Assembly: GCA_010909165.1 (NCBI GenBank)
Contig: MU008226.1
Span: 1 to 64,000, forward strand
Source of the DNA: Anthoceros angustus
Lineage: Eukaryota > Plantae > Anthocerotophyta
Length of the DNA stretch: 64,000 bases
Reading direction: 5' to 3'
Part shown: positions 22,401 to 35,060 of the stretch, in pieces
Layout: each line of letters begins with the position of its first letter
Numbering within the stretch: position 1 is the first letter of the stretch
Made by a program: the position numbers and the translations under genes
Notes under the pieces: model-generated
What the model saw: only the letters and a program-made list of their open reading frames with translations
The model's database searches: none
What the model was told of the DNA's origin: nothing

Positions 22401-23785
22401 GCCTGGTTGCACAGAGGAGGGAGGGAATTTCTTCCCATACTCGGGTGGGGGTCCGCCTGACGATGGAGTCCGGAATCCTCCCGCCGCCCTCCTCCCGAGT
22501 CCGCTTTTGACGATCGGCCTCCTCCCGCCTTGCCGCCCACTTCCAGGGCCTCCCCTTTTCCCGAGCGCTGCTCCTTCCTGAGGAGCAAATGCCCCCATAC
22601 ATGGATCGTGATGGGGATGCCCAGATGGCGGGGCTTCTGCCCCGAGCTTATGAGCCTCGCTAAACCGGGCGAAGATAATCCTTCCTCACCCGCCTCTTCC
22701 TCCGCAGCATGCAGAATACTAGATTATCACCAAGGTGATCCACCTTGGTGAGTAGGTTCCAGTGGACATGATCCGCCACCGCCTTACTCGATCCAACAGT
22801 CGGATATCACCAACCACAGGGTCCGCTGCCCTGTGCCTCAGATCGCTGGTCGGCCCTATCTTCCCTTCGCCTTGAGGGGCTCGCACCACTCCCCTCTTCC
22901 TCCTTTGGGCTAGGCCTGTGACCTCCAAGGTCCATCGCCTTGGGGTCCTCCCGAGGTTCTTGGACCGCACCTCCTTATTGACCAAGATCTTCCGCGAACT
23001 GACAGTGACAAATGTCCGACCATCCGAACACATCCAAATGCCACTCCCGCACCAATTCTCCGCTCCGGAGCTGTGGCCCAAAGTCCGGATAGCGCGGTCA
23101 CAATGTTGCGCCCACAAGGTTCCATGGCTCCCAAACTTCCGCAGGCTTTTGGGTGCCATCGCCTTCTCCTCCTTGGTGAGCCGCTTGTGGAGACCGCGCA
23201 CGCTGCCTTCTTCGGCTCACGCCCGACCTCAACGGTGAGCCGCCAAGACGCCCGAGTGTCCCACGAGATACCGCCAGAGAGCCGGATCGGAGCGCAAGAG
23301 ATCGCGAATTGTCTCGAGGTCGCAAAATGACCTTCTTCGCCGCCGGAGTAACTCTGGAGGGCGCCCGTCTGAATAGAGGTCCGCATGGCTTATTCTCGAC
23401 CTTACGCCCGCTTTCGCCTTACGCCGCTGCACTCGCCCACGCCAAGGCAGCCCGCGCGTGAATACTGCTATAACGGCCTGCAAGGTTACGGTCCTGCCAC
23501 CAGATGCCCGCCTCCACTCGGTCGCCCACGTGGCGCCGCCGTCCGTCCCACGCTCAACTCTAAGTTACTTCGGGCGATTTATCCCGCCTGGTCCGGAGTG
23601 GGTCCGACTTATCCTGCTACTGGCGCTACCATAGTAGGTCCGGTACGCCTCACTCCGAGTCCGAGTATACTCCGAGTGCCCGAGTGCTATCCATGCTTAT
23701 TTCCTTTTTCGCCTCATTTTATCCTTCACTCCTACAAAAACAAAACCCTACCTATTTCTAACCCCAAGGAAGTCCGTAGTCCACA
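19465..23785 (-). repeat. 3' LTR (~4320 bp, GC-rich)
   Basis: Homologous end to end with 29011-33335. Homology stops exactly at GTCCGTAGTCCACA. Confidence 0.85.
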
Positions 23786-23800
23786 TACTCCTTCTCACTC
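23786..23800 (-). promoter_or_regulatory. Polypurine tract of the gypsy element
   Basis: Minus strand GAGTGAGAAGGAGTA lies immediately before TGTGG and immediately after the integrase stop. Confidence 0.75.
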
Positions 23801-26800
23801 ATGCCTCCGCCAACACGTGGTACTTTTTCACCCGCCACCGCTCACCCGAGTGGGCGCACCACCATCCAACCGTGAACGGACCCATATACTGCACGACTTG
23901 GTAAGGTCCCATCCATCGAGGTGGAGTTTACCCGAAGTGCATATGTCCGTAAAGGAGGGCCGATCTCCTCCTTCACATACTCCCGATTCCTAAGGCGCAT
24001 GCCATAGTTTATGCTGATTCTGCATCGCTGCATTCGCTGCGCCTCTTCCCGGCCCTCCGATGTCACAAAACCCTAGCAACGCCCAGCTTGGCTCTCATCC
24101 GTTAAGCGCCTTTCCATCATGACCCGAGTGTTGGCACCTCAAACTCGACCGGCATAACGGGTGAGTGCCCATAGGTCGTACGGAGTTCGGCGTGGTTACC
24201 TTCTCGCCGCTCAACGCCCGATGGCGCTTTGTATCCCGCCGTATGCATAGTTAACCGTAAGCTTATTGAGGATGCGATAAGTCCATTGGTCTTCTCCATC
24301 CGCTGGCCTTGGATTGTAGTTTACGATGTGTGATGCCAAATAGTCCGTCATTGCGCTTATCACATCATTGAGGAAATGGGTTCCCGATCCACTACCGCAA
24401 CGACACCCACCTTGTGATGATGTTTTCAGAGGAATTTGGCCACCGTGCTCGCAGAGTCCGCTCTAGTAGACCGCCCACCCACCGTGCAGTCCGCTGCCAC
24501 CAAGATGTACCGCTTTGTGTGCCTCGCTATCGTGATAGGTCCAACGTCGATGCCCCACTTCTCAAAAGGCGCTAGTGCTAGTATGGGCACTAACGGCCAT
24601 TGTGTGGCCGGCTTCCCGATCCGACAAGCATCACACTTCTTCACAATTGGTGTGTGTTTCCCCATACATGGTGGGCCACCAAGACCTCCAAGATTTTCTT
24701 GGTGGTGACTCAGATATAATGTCCACCACCTAGTCCTTCGTGCATCCCTTTATTACCACCTCCGCTCACTGCTGGAGGTACCTTGCTCCACGCCATCCGG
24801 CCCCACCTTAAAGATGCAACTGTTATACAACCGAAAGGGCGAGCGAGTGCACAAAGGCCCGCTGGACCCGGTTCGCCTGCTTGGTAGCTCCATCTCCCAT
24901 AGGTACTGCTCCTCAGATAAGAGGGCCGCCCCGCCTCCCTTCTCCGCTGGGTCCGCTCCCGCCTTAGGGTTTGTCCTACTGTGCTCCTCCTCCTCTATCC
25001 GCCACCAATTCCTCATCCGGAAGGCCCCTCCGATCCTCGCAGATGTCTCCTTTTAACTGGACAAGAAGTCGCTTTGGTGTTGCTTCCTGCCTAGTCTCCA
25101 CCTCAAATGTGAACTCCTCAGCAACATGTAATCCACCTCGCAATCCGTCCGACAAGTCTCGGCCTTGTTCACCAAGTGCTTGAGCGCCAAGTGATCAACA
25201 TAAACACGAACTCATTGGGCGGTAGTGTCGAATTTTAACGCGATACCATTCCCAATGCCTCTCGCCCGTAGTAGTGTACCTCCGCTCATGCGTGAGCCGC
25301 CTTCCGCGTAGTAGATTGGGTGATCCCTCCGCTTATCATCTTTTGATCGAGCACTACTCCGGCGGCGGCCGACACATCCACACATGGAATCGCTTCCCCG
25401 TCCTTGAGTACTGGGCACCGACTGCAGTGGTCTGAGGTCTCGAATGCCGCCTCCCTCTCGCGCCTGTGTCCATTCCTCCTCCTTCCCGAGTAGCTCGCTA
25501 GCTGAGGCCCGCTTTGCAAAATCTTGGATGAAACGCCTATAGTAACCCACCATGCCTGTGAACTCGTAACTCCTTCAAGTTCGTGGGCGAGGATGGATGA
25601 CTTTCACCTTGTCTTGGTCCACCTCTATCCTCTTACCGACACGCGGCCCCCAACAAGATTCCTCCGCATAGTAGCATTTCTGATGCGTACATTGAGTCTC
25701 CTACATCGCTCCAAACACTTCCAGAAATGTCCACGTGTTTGTCCTCCTCTGCACACGTAAGTCGCCCAAGAACACCTCCATGAAGTCCTCAGAATTCTAA
25801 GACATTGGTCACCATCCGCATAAATGATCCGGTGCTCTGCATCCCGAAGGCACTGCTTGTAGTAAACGCCCCCACTCCGTGGTGAATGTTGTCTTATCCC
25901 ACTCCCTTAGGTGTACCGGTTGTAGCCGAGTAGGCCCAAGAAGGAGTAGGTACTCTCCCGCCACCTTGTCCAAGATGTCGCCCACAAAGGGCATGGGAAA
26001 TGGTCCTTTCCGTGGCGGCGTTAAGCTTTCTCCGCCCCGATGACAATCCGCCGCTTCTTCGCACGACAACAATGGGCGCCACCCACTCACTGCTCACGAT
26101 TGGGAAGATGATGTCGCTTCCAGATACTTATCCAGACTTCCTTGACCTTGAGCGAGTGCTTGGGATTCAGCTCCTAATCCGAACAGCACCGCCTCGCTTC
26201 AGATCTATCCTGTTCGCCCCATCGCTTTGGAATGCCTTCATGTCCGTGACCTTGAAAGAACACCGAATTCCCCAACAATCGTGGTGAGGTCTTGTTTCAA
26301 CTTGGCATACCTCATGGAATTTTAGGAATTTCGGGCGAACCTCCACATCTTCCACATCGCCGATTGACCGCCTCTTTCTCGCCGCTTCCACGCCCAAGCC
26401 ATCATCCTCTACCCGGTTCATCTTCACGCATTCCCCATTCTCGAAGAGTTCGTCGAGGTGAACGGGTTACTTCTTCGGGTCCTCCTCATCCGGGTTCCCG
26501 CTTTTGTTCGTCCCTCCGCGACTTCCACTAAGCAATTGATCACCTCCGCCCAAAGGTGTCCCTCGATAGTCCATTTCTTCTTCGACCACGAGATTTTGGG
26601 AAAGGGTAGTCCTCATTCGTATCCTCGCTCATCGTCCCCACTGCCTTCGGAGGTGTACCCTTGTGGTGCCGACGTTTCACCACAAGATGTGTCCTTACTC
26701 CTGTAATCGCTACCGCCCTTCCCTCACCTTCGGATCCCACCACGGCTTGAAGTGTATTTCCTTCCGTCCAAGTGTAGTTTTGTCTCGAGCGAGTCCCAGC

Positions 26801-28850
26801 CAAGGCCCTCAGACCTCACCCTGTGAGGTCCGGTCCGATGACGAAAATCTAATGTATAGGGGCTCCGCTATGGTGGCTTGACTCGGACAACTCGGCCACA
26901 TGTCCGCCATCCCGAGGGTTTTGGTGGATGGCTCAAGGTGGAACCCCCTGCCTGCGGCCTGTGATGAGGTTCACTCGACCCGTGTCAGAGGCACGCTTTT
27001 AATTACACACCCCGCAATTTCCACCGCACCATCGGCGCCTGTGGTCCGTATGAGATACTACTTACCTCCACGTTCTTGCCCTTCCACCAAGGAGTTCCGC
27101 GGTTGGCTTCTCGATGGCCTCCTGACTTCGCCGATACTGTCTTTAACAATCGCCTAAGGGACACCAAGTGTTGTTGGTCCATCATCAAGTCGGCCACCTT
27201 GAAAGGGCCGGTGGTTCTCCACACGCCCGCCTTGACTCTTCCAGCTTTGCCACCGCCGTGGTGGTCGGACCACTGGGTCCTGGAGTTCTTCTCAAGCATC
27301 TCGCCACTTCTGGACCACATCCGTGGAACGCGGCGTGTGGGTGAGTCCGCCTCCCGAGATTCCTGTGGCTTTTGGTTGGTCTTCCGGCAGCTTAAACTCC
27401 CTTTTGGCGGGCTTCCTTCGCAGGTGTTCCCTCCGTATCCGTGGGACTATCCCCATTTTTCTTCCTCTTAAACTGCCTCCTTTCCTTTCTCCTTCCCGAC
27501 TCGTTGACACTTCCAAGACTCCAGTCCGCCTTCTCTCCTTAGCCGAACTTGCTTCACCACCTGTCCTGCCTCGGCCTCCCACTCCGCCAGTGCGCCTTCA
27601 ATCAGGCGGGCGCTTAGGGAGGGAGGCGAGGTGGTCGGCTCCCGCTGGGCGAGCGCACTGCCCCGAGGGTTCGGACACAAGGTACCGCCGCCATGTGCCC
27701 CGCCTACATCCCACAGCGCTCAAAGTCCGCCTTGCCGAGTGGGGTATGGACGCGAGTAGTGCCCGGGTTCCCATGCCCAGCACCACCGCCGCCGAGAATT
27801 CGGAGGCTCCGTCAGACGGAGGTCGATGCACGACGGACCAACTGTGGGGTACATCGTCTCGGGATACCGTGGTCCCGCTTCTTGCACTTGGTATGCATCC
27901 TCCCACTGCTCTCGACTCTTCCCGTAGTCATACTCCACCGGTTCACGGGTCCGAGGGCAGGCCTTCGAATGCCCATGTTGGTGACACACCGCACACAATG
28001 AGTACGGACTGGTGGCCACCTTACGCTTTATCCTTCACCGTTGATCGTCAACCTTCCACCCTCTTCATTACCCGTTCTAGATCTTCCCTCACCCGCTACT
28101 TCCTTCAAAGGAGCTGGTCGTGGACCTCTCGCACGGCAAGTGCATCATGACCTCCTTCTTTTCCACCCTCCACCGACTACGGGCTTCTTCTTCTTTATTT
28201 TTCCGGGTTCTTCTTCTTCATGACCTCCTCGGATTCTTCTTGAGTCCTCTTCCTCTTCCTCCGACGCCTCGGTCTCATCATCCTCCTCGTCCGAGGGTTC
28301 TTCATCTCGAGTCCGACCCCGCTTCTTCTTTTCTTCTTTCCTCCGGAGGAGTCCTCGCCGCCGGTGCATCGATTCTTCATAGTTCTCCGCCCGACCGCCT
28401 TGCTCACATCTTTTCTTCGCCAACAAGAAGACGTGCTTAGCCATTGGCTTGATAAGCCACCGCAACCAACGCATCACCGTGCATGTGTAGTGGGTCCCAC
28501 AGTAGAACCGCTCGATGTACGATCCCAACTTCCTCGCCTTGTGTTCTCGAGTTTGACAAGACGTAGCCTTCTTGATCGATTCTGGAATCTTTCTAAGAAG
28601 GCATCCTTCAATGCTCAAGGTTTGCGGTGCGCTCGAGGCGCATTTCCTCCGATACCACCGAGTCAGACTCGCAGACCCTTGGAATACAATGAGTGATCCG
28701 AACCTTCTCCGCTGAAGTTTGCCCACACAAAATCCTCCACGAAGGTTTCGCCTCTCTCTTACCTCCAAAGAGAGAATACGCTTGCTTGGTCGTTGTTGCC
28801 ATCGCGATCGTAAGGGGTGAGGAACCGCCACCACCGCCGACTTGGGCCGC
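23799..28850 (-). pseudogene. Frameshifted gag-pol of the gypsy element
   Basis: Gag LKDAFLERF and zinc knuckle CAVCHQHGHSKAC (~27950-28000). Protease DTG..VNLIT (~26970-27040). RT SEWVAPIVVV / FPMPFVGDILDKVAG (~25500-26100). RH MVGYYRRFIQDFAK. INT KKCDACRIGKP..WPLVPILALAPFEKWGID. C-terminus GPY..RVKKYH with no chromodomain. Confidence 0.92.
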
Positions 28851-28996
28851 TCCTCTCGATCCGACAACCCACCACGCTTACTCTGGTCTCGCCTCGAGCT
28901 CGTTGCCTCACGTCGCGCCGGAGCGCCAGCACGTCCGACTCAGAATCCCTTAACTACCTCACGCCCTCCACGCATCCACGCTACGGAACGATTTCA

Positions 28997-29010
28997 TTCC
29001 AACGGCGCGC
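28997..29010 (-). promoter_or_regulatory. Probable primer-binding site (tRNA-Asp-like, imperfect)
   Basis: Minus strand ..GCGCCGTTGG directly after the 5' LTR end resembles the TGGCGCCGTTGCC tRNA-Asp PBS of Athila-type elements. Confidence 0.45.
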
Positions 29011-32000
29011 TGTGGCGACTTTCGGCCACCGGCCGACAATCCCGTCGTTGTAGGAAGGAGTCCGCTCCCAAGGGAATGATACTGCTTCTGCCGCGCTTAC
29101 TTTACGCTCCCCAACGCACACATAGTTCACGCTAACTACTCACCGTGACAGCCGGTATGGCTAAACGCTTAAGGACCTGTCGGCCTGCCTGCTCCTGCTC
29201 TCACACCTCTCGTCCACTCCTCTCCACTCACTACACTTATCGCCTTAAGGAAAGACGCTGGGTTACATGCCCCGACCTCCTCCGCTGCTCCACTGGCCTC
29301 CGTCCGGCTCAGACGCCTCCCGAGTCCCTCCGGCTCACGCCCGGCCCGCTCGGCCGGGCCGCGCTCGACGAGCACGGGTCCCACCCTCCCCGCACACCAC
29401 AACACGTTAGGTCCGCCACAGACCTCGATCGATCCCTCCGAGCTGCCCGCTCGCTGACTCAGACTCACGTTAGCAAGAAGACACAAAGGTCCGCAAGAAC
29501 GCGCATCAACACCAAGAGAAAGATGATTTATCTGTGGCAGCCCTCTTATACTACGCCTAGGTCGGCCTTTATTACACCTATTCCGAAATGACGGCCACCT
29601 CAAGATGCCCTAATCGGCCGCCTACCATCCTATTTCCTCCTATCTCCTTCACGGCGGTGGGAAGGTCCCGGTTCCGCCTTGGGATTGGTGGTCCAATCTC
29701 CTCGACACCAAGACCTAATCGGATGATCCGCGAGGCGGACCCTCCTCTCCCGAATCGCTGTTACGGCGGCCCCGACGACCGCTGCTACCACAACGTCATC
29801 CTCCCCTGGCCTCCTGGTCCTCCTGGGCCACCGCGCACTAGCGTAAGTCGGCGGGGCCTCCTCATCGCGAGTCCGACCTCGAGGTCCGACTCGACCCGAG
29901 TCAACCTGGGTCCGGTTTATTTCGAGTCCGGCCGGGTCCGGCCTGCTCCGGGTTCGGACCTCGTGGTCCGATTACCGGGTCCGATCCCAAACTCGGACCC
30001 TTCCGTGGACCTCGATCGCTAGGTCCTCCTCCTTACCCCCGACCTTGTCTTGGTCGGGTTGGCTCCTGCACCCCGCAGCCCCCCACCCCTTCTCCCGGAT
30101 CGGGTGGTGGTGAACTTACCTGGGGTCCGCTGCCCCGCCTCCTCTTGGCTCCTCCTCGCTGCCGTCGCCTCCAAACAGGCCCCTAGGGTCCCCGCCCCCG
30201 TGCCCTTCTTCCTCCGAGCCTGTGGGTCCGCCTATTGCGGGCCGAGGCCTCTACCGCCTGTGGAGCTCGGTGGTAATAGGCAAAGTCCGAATCCACTTGC
30301 CGGATTGCCTCTTCCACGCGCCGAGACCCGATACTCCCTTCGCCATAGGTGCTCCGGAGCCGAGCCTGCCCGCTTGCTCCACCTCCCGCCAGTTTGATAG
30401 CCGGAGCCGGCGCTCGCGAGGTCGCCAGGCTGCCACCTCGCACGCTGCTCCACTTGCTCCAACTCCTCCGCCTGCTCCGCCACTTGCCCGCCATAACGCA
30501 GCTCTTCCGACTTCCTCACCGACCAGTTTCTTGTCCGCCTGGGCCTCTGTCCATTCCGCAACTCCATCTCCGCCTCCAGACGGCGGGCAACACGATCGCT
30601 TCACCCTTTTCCATCTCGGCGACGCCCGCTCCCCTGCTCCATCGCCCATCGACTCCCGCCGCAGAGCCGGAGCCGCCGAGGCTGCTCACCATGTCCTGCA
30701 GACTACCATTCCTCTCAATGATAGTTTGAGTCAGCCCAAAGTCTCCTTGTCCTCCATCTCCGCCGCCGCCCACCTCCCGAGCCGAGTCCGAGATCCTCCA
30801 CCTTGTCGCGAACTTTGGCCCGCTGGTCCGCGCTTGCCACCTCCTCGCTCCATCTTCGTGCAGCCGAGGCGCCTATCTCCCGTCAAGTCTGGATTCTCCC
30901 ATTGAGAACCTTGTCGCCCGACGCCTTGGAGTTGTAACTCCAAGGTGTCCTTGCCGCCCTCCAACTCGCCGCCTCCCTTCTACCTCTCTGCACCCGAGGT
31001 CCCGATTTCCGGGCCTCGGTTTCGCAGCGCTCTTTGCTCCACCGCCGGCCTTCGATTGGCCGTGGCTCTCGCCGCCTCCACCGGCCCGATCACCGATAGT
31101 GATCGCGATCGGCCTGCCTGGCCTCCGCCTCCACCTTCACCGAGCCTCCATTGGCTCGTCCACGGCCCGCCAGTCCGCGCCTGCTCCGCTTGCGCCCGGG
31201 CGCCTGCTCCTGGCCTCGCCCGCAGAGGTCCTCCGCCTGCTGGGCCTCCTTGCGCTGCTCCTCCACTGAAGGAATTTGGTCCGGCCTGCGATGGACCAGA
31301 CCTCCTCGCCTCCCGGCTTCCTCTCAATCCGCCGAGAGCTTCTTCCTTCGCCTCCGGCTCCTCCAACCGCCTCGGAGGAGTACCATGCGCCCGGTGGCTT
31401 CTACCTCCGGGTCTTCGGCCATCCCGAGACCCAGAGCATACCGTCCATGACGAGGACCCGCCGTGTTTCTTCCACGTCACCGTGAGGCTCCCACAAAGTC
31501 CGAGGAGCCGGCATCTCACGGTCCGCCAAGGACCTCCATACCGTCCGGAGTAAGTCCGACTGGGTTCTCCGACCTAATCAGACCCTTAGGTCCCGAGGCC
31601 GAGCCCCGAGCTTCCCCTCCTTGGCCCTTTTGGCCGCGAGCTCCTTCTCCGCCTCTTCCCGGGGCTCTTGAGGAGGTGAGGGAGTCCGGAGCAAGCCTTT
31701 TGCCCCTTCCGCCGGGCGATGACTGCCCGGCCGCTGCTGTCCTCCGCCTCCGGCGCCCCTTTTCGCCTCCCATCGCTTCCTCCGCTTGACCCGCAAGGGG
31801 TACTGCACCGACCGAGGTGCCGCTGGTAGCCGTGGTCTTGCGCCTCTTCGGCTCCCTCCGTCCGCGGGCTCACCGGTGGTGGCTGGCGGGCCGCTGGGGC
31901 CGCCTGGATCGGCCGCCTGTTGTACAGAGGAGGGAGGCGAATTTCTTCCCATACTTGGGTGGTGAGGGGTCCGCTCCACGATGGAGTCCGGAATCCTCTC

Positions 32001-33335
32001 CGCCTCCTCCCGAGTCCGCTTGGCTGACGATCGGCCTCCTCCTGCCGCCTCCACTTCCGTAGGCCTCCGGCCCTTTCCGAGCGCTCAAGCTCTCCTTCCT
32101 TGAGGAGTTCAAATGCCCCCATACATGGATCGTATGGGGACACATGGCTTCGGCCCCGAGCTATGAGCCTCCTCGCTAAACCGGCAAAATAATCCTTCCT
32201 CACCGCCTTCCCCGGCCGCAACAAGCAGAATACCAATCAGATTATCACCAAGGTGATCCACCTTGGTGAGGTTCCTGGACAATGATCCGGCCACCGCCTT
32301 ACTCGACCGCCCAACATGTCATCGCCCAACCACAGGGTCCGTCAGGCCCTGTGCCTCAAGATCACTGTGGTCGGCCCTATCTTCCCTTCGCCTTGAGGGG
32401 CCCGCACCACTCCCCTCTTCCTCCTTTGGGCGGTTGTAGGCCGCCTCAGACCTCCAAGGTCCATCGCCTTGGTCCTCCCGGAGGTTCTTGGACCGCACCT
32501 CCTTATTGACCGGCCAAAGATCTTCCCGAACTCCTGACTGTGAGTGACACTATGTCCGCACCATCCGAACACATCCAAATGCCACTCCGCACCACCCTCC
32601 CGCCTCGGAGCTGTGGCCCAAAGTCCGGATAGCGCCGGTCACAATGTTGCGCCCACAAGGTTCCATGGCTCCCAAACTTCCGCAGTTTTTGGGTGCCATC
32701 GCCTCCTCCCTTGGTTGCCGAGCTTGTGAGAGCCACGCACGCTGCGCCACGCTCCGACCTCAACGTGAGCCGCCAAGACGCCCGAGTGTCCCACGAGATA
32801 CCGCCAGAGAGCCGGATCATGGAGCGCAGAGATCGCGAATTGTCTCGAGGTCAGCAAATGACCTTCCTTCGCCGCTTCCGGAGTAATCCGGGCGGGAGGG
32901 CGCCTTCCGTCCAGAATCGCCAGAGGTCCGCATGGCTTATTCTCGACCTTACGCCCGCTTACTCGCCTTACGCCGCCAGATGCTTTACGCCGCCCGCGTG
33001 AATACCGCTATAACGGCCTCGCAAGGTTACGGTCCCACCGCATGCCTGCTTCCACTCGAGTTGCCCACGTGCGCCGTCCGCTCCCACGGCTCAACTCCTA
33101 AGTTACTTTCCGGGCGTCTCCCGCCTCGGTCCCGGAGTGGGTCCGGACTTATCCTGCTACTGTGGCGCCTACCATAGTAGGTCCGGCACGCCCTCACTCC
33201 GAGTCCGAGAGTATACTCCGAGTGCCCGAGTGCTATCCATGCTTATTTCCCTTTTTCGCCTCATTTTATCCTTCACTCCTACAAAAACAAAACCCTACCT
33301 ATTTTCTAACCCCCAAGGGAAGTCCGTAGTTCACA
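29011..33335 (-). repeat. 5' LTR (~4325 bp, GC-rich)
   Basis: Runs from TGTGGCGACT to GTAGTTCACA. Homologous to 19465-23785. Confidence 0.85.
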
Positions 33336-33339
33336 AATA

Positions 33340-34640
33340 CCTAGAGTTCTCCGAGCACACATTAGCAGCCCATCAGCACCTTGGAGTCCAAACACACATC
33401 ACCAACCCATCAAGAACTCCGAGTCCAAACACATCAAGAACCCATCGACCCTCAGGTCCGAACACACATCGAACCCATCAGCCGGAGTCTCGAGCACATC
33501 AAGAGTGGCCATCAGCTCCACATCGCCTTGTGGCTTCATCCTTGCACCCGGTTGCAGCTACCTAATTCAGAAAAACGAATCAACAGAGGCATACCGTAGC
33601 CCGTGCTGTGCAGTGAGTATCATCTTAACTGCCAGAATATGGTAGAGCTTGCCTCAAATCGGTGGAGATATCTCGCATGTGGCTGCAAACATTACAACGT
33701 CCTGCACATCGTGCCTCATGTAGATAGGCCCTTCCTTCGACTCAAGCTAATGAGCCATGTAAGAGCCATGGAAAATCGAAGATAATACCTTCGCCACCAT
33801 TCCAAAATACTAGACATTGCAGAGCTCTCCTTGTAGTCCTTCCAGGGCCACACCATGAGGGAGAGTGCAACGAAATACCACCCTTGCCCAACCATGCAAG
33901 AGCTGTAGCAGAGGCATTGTCGTGGCGATGCCATCATCTCATCATCCGAACCCCACCGTGTCATTGGCTATCATCACATGGAATGTTTTTGAAGGTCGAG
34001 AAGTTCAAACTAGTGTATAATGAAGATGCAAAGGATCATGGGCTTGAAAACAGATACATTTATAATGCACATAATGAACTAACTTTTTATTGCTCTGTCT
34101 GGATGAACCTTTTACTTTGTGTCACCCAAAATAGTTGAGTTACTCCGACAATAAGATGGTTGTAGGGACTAGTGCACGACGAAAACAATTTTGTAAGGAA
34201 ATACGCACGCAGAAGTACATTATGAGTAAGAAGTCTTGCATGAGAGGCATGCAGCCTGATCTAGTTAGTAAGTTGGTGGTAAGACTTAGCTTAGGACTTA
34301 AGGAAGAAAGTGTGCTTTAGTAGTTACTTTGGAAATGATATAAGCCTCCGCAAAAAGGAGATGAGGCTAGCCCTAGAGAGCATCATGTGATCCTAGCATT
34401 GGGAGCTATACTGTGAGGATAGGACTTTGGAGCCTAGAGGCCCCGGAGCCTAGAGTGTGAGCATGTCTAGAAGGATCCTAGCACTTGGGAGCTTGCTGTT
34501 GTGAGGATAGGACTTTGGTGCCTAGAGGATAGGACTTTGGTGCCTAGAGGCCATGGAAGCCTAGAGTGAGGCGTGCTAGAGAGAGAGCGTGAGGAGGAGA
34601 TCGAGGGAGAGCTAAGCTCCTAGCTTAGGCAAAGATAGAG
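33340..34640. repeat. Unclassified repetitive DNA with degenerate tandem blocks (33360-33500; 34380-34600, GAGGATAGGACTTTGG.GCCTAGAG units)
   Basis: Internal direct repeats with LTR-like texture; family not identified. Confidence 0.5.
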
Positions 34641-34834
34641 AGCTCTCTCGATCTCTCATGTATTCTTGTTGACTTCCGGAATAAACAGCAGACGGCGCAG
34701 CTTGTCCTGACCGCGAGTTGTCCTCCAGAAGGACGGGCAGTGCTACTTGGAAGCCCAAAGGTCTTTGGCCTCGTGATGTTTTGTAATCATGCGATCCCCA
34801 CCTCCTCGCTGAAAAGGAGGTGTTGCTTCACGAC

Positions 34835-35060
34835 TCACTTTATCTCGCCTGCCCCAAGTAAGACGAAAGAAAATGAAATAAAAAAACGTTGAAGGCATCT
34901 CAAGTTATGATTCGAGATCGGATCCGGCTCGAAACCCGGAGATGCGCGATCCAGGAAGGCTCCATAGAGCTTAAGAGCGACAAGGCCGCCTCGCTAGTGG
35001 AGTCGCATTCCCGAGCATCCATGGAGGGCACCATCGTGTTGTCATGGATCTGGTTGTGGT
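34835..35060 (+). repeat. Dispersed repeat, also at 39925-40150 where it is cut by the gap
   Basis: Both copies share GGAAGGCTCCATAGAGCTTAAGA and CATCCATGGAGGGCACCATCGTGTTGTCATGGATC. Confidence 0.8.

Larger units (their letters stand above)
19465..33335 (-). mobile_element. Ty3/gypsy LTR retrotransposon (non-chromovirus type), ~13.9 kb, with ~4.3-kb LTRs
   Basis: Two long direct repeats flank gag-PR-RT-RH-INT on the minus strand. Termini (T/C)GTGG...CCACA/TCACA. A PPT abuts the left repeat and an Asp-like PBS abuts the right repeat. No clear TSD. Confidence 0.88.

Noticed and set aside
19653-33177. Many 100-275-aa plus-strand ORFs in the LTRs and gag region (e.g. 27323-28150, 30222-30905)
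   Set aside because: Antisense shadows of GC-rich sequence, rich in Pro/Arg/Ser, with no motifs and not preserved between the two LTRs.
19460-33340. Target-site duplication of the gypsy element
   Set aside because: The flanks ATCAC and AATAC do not match, so a TSD is not claimed.
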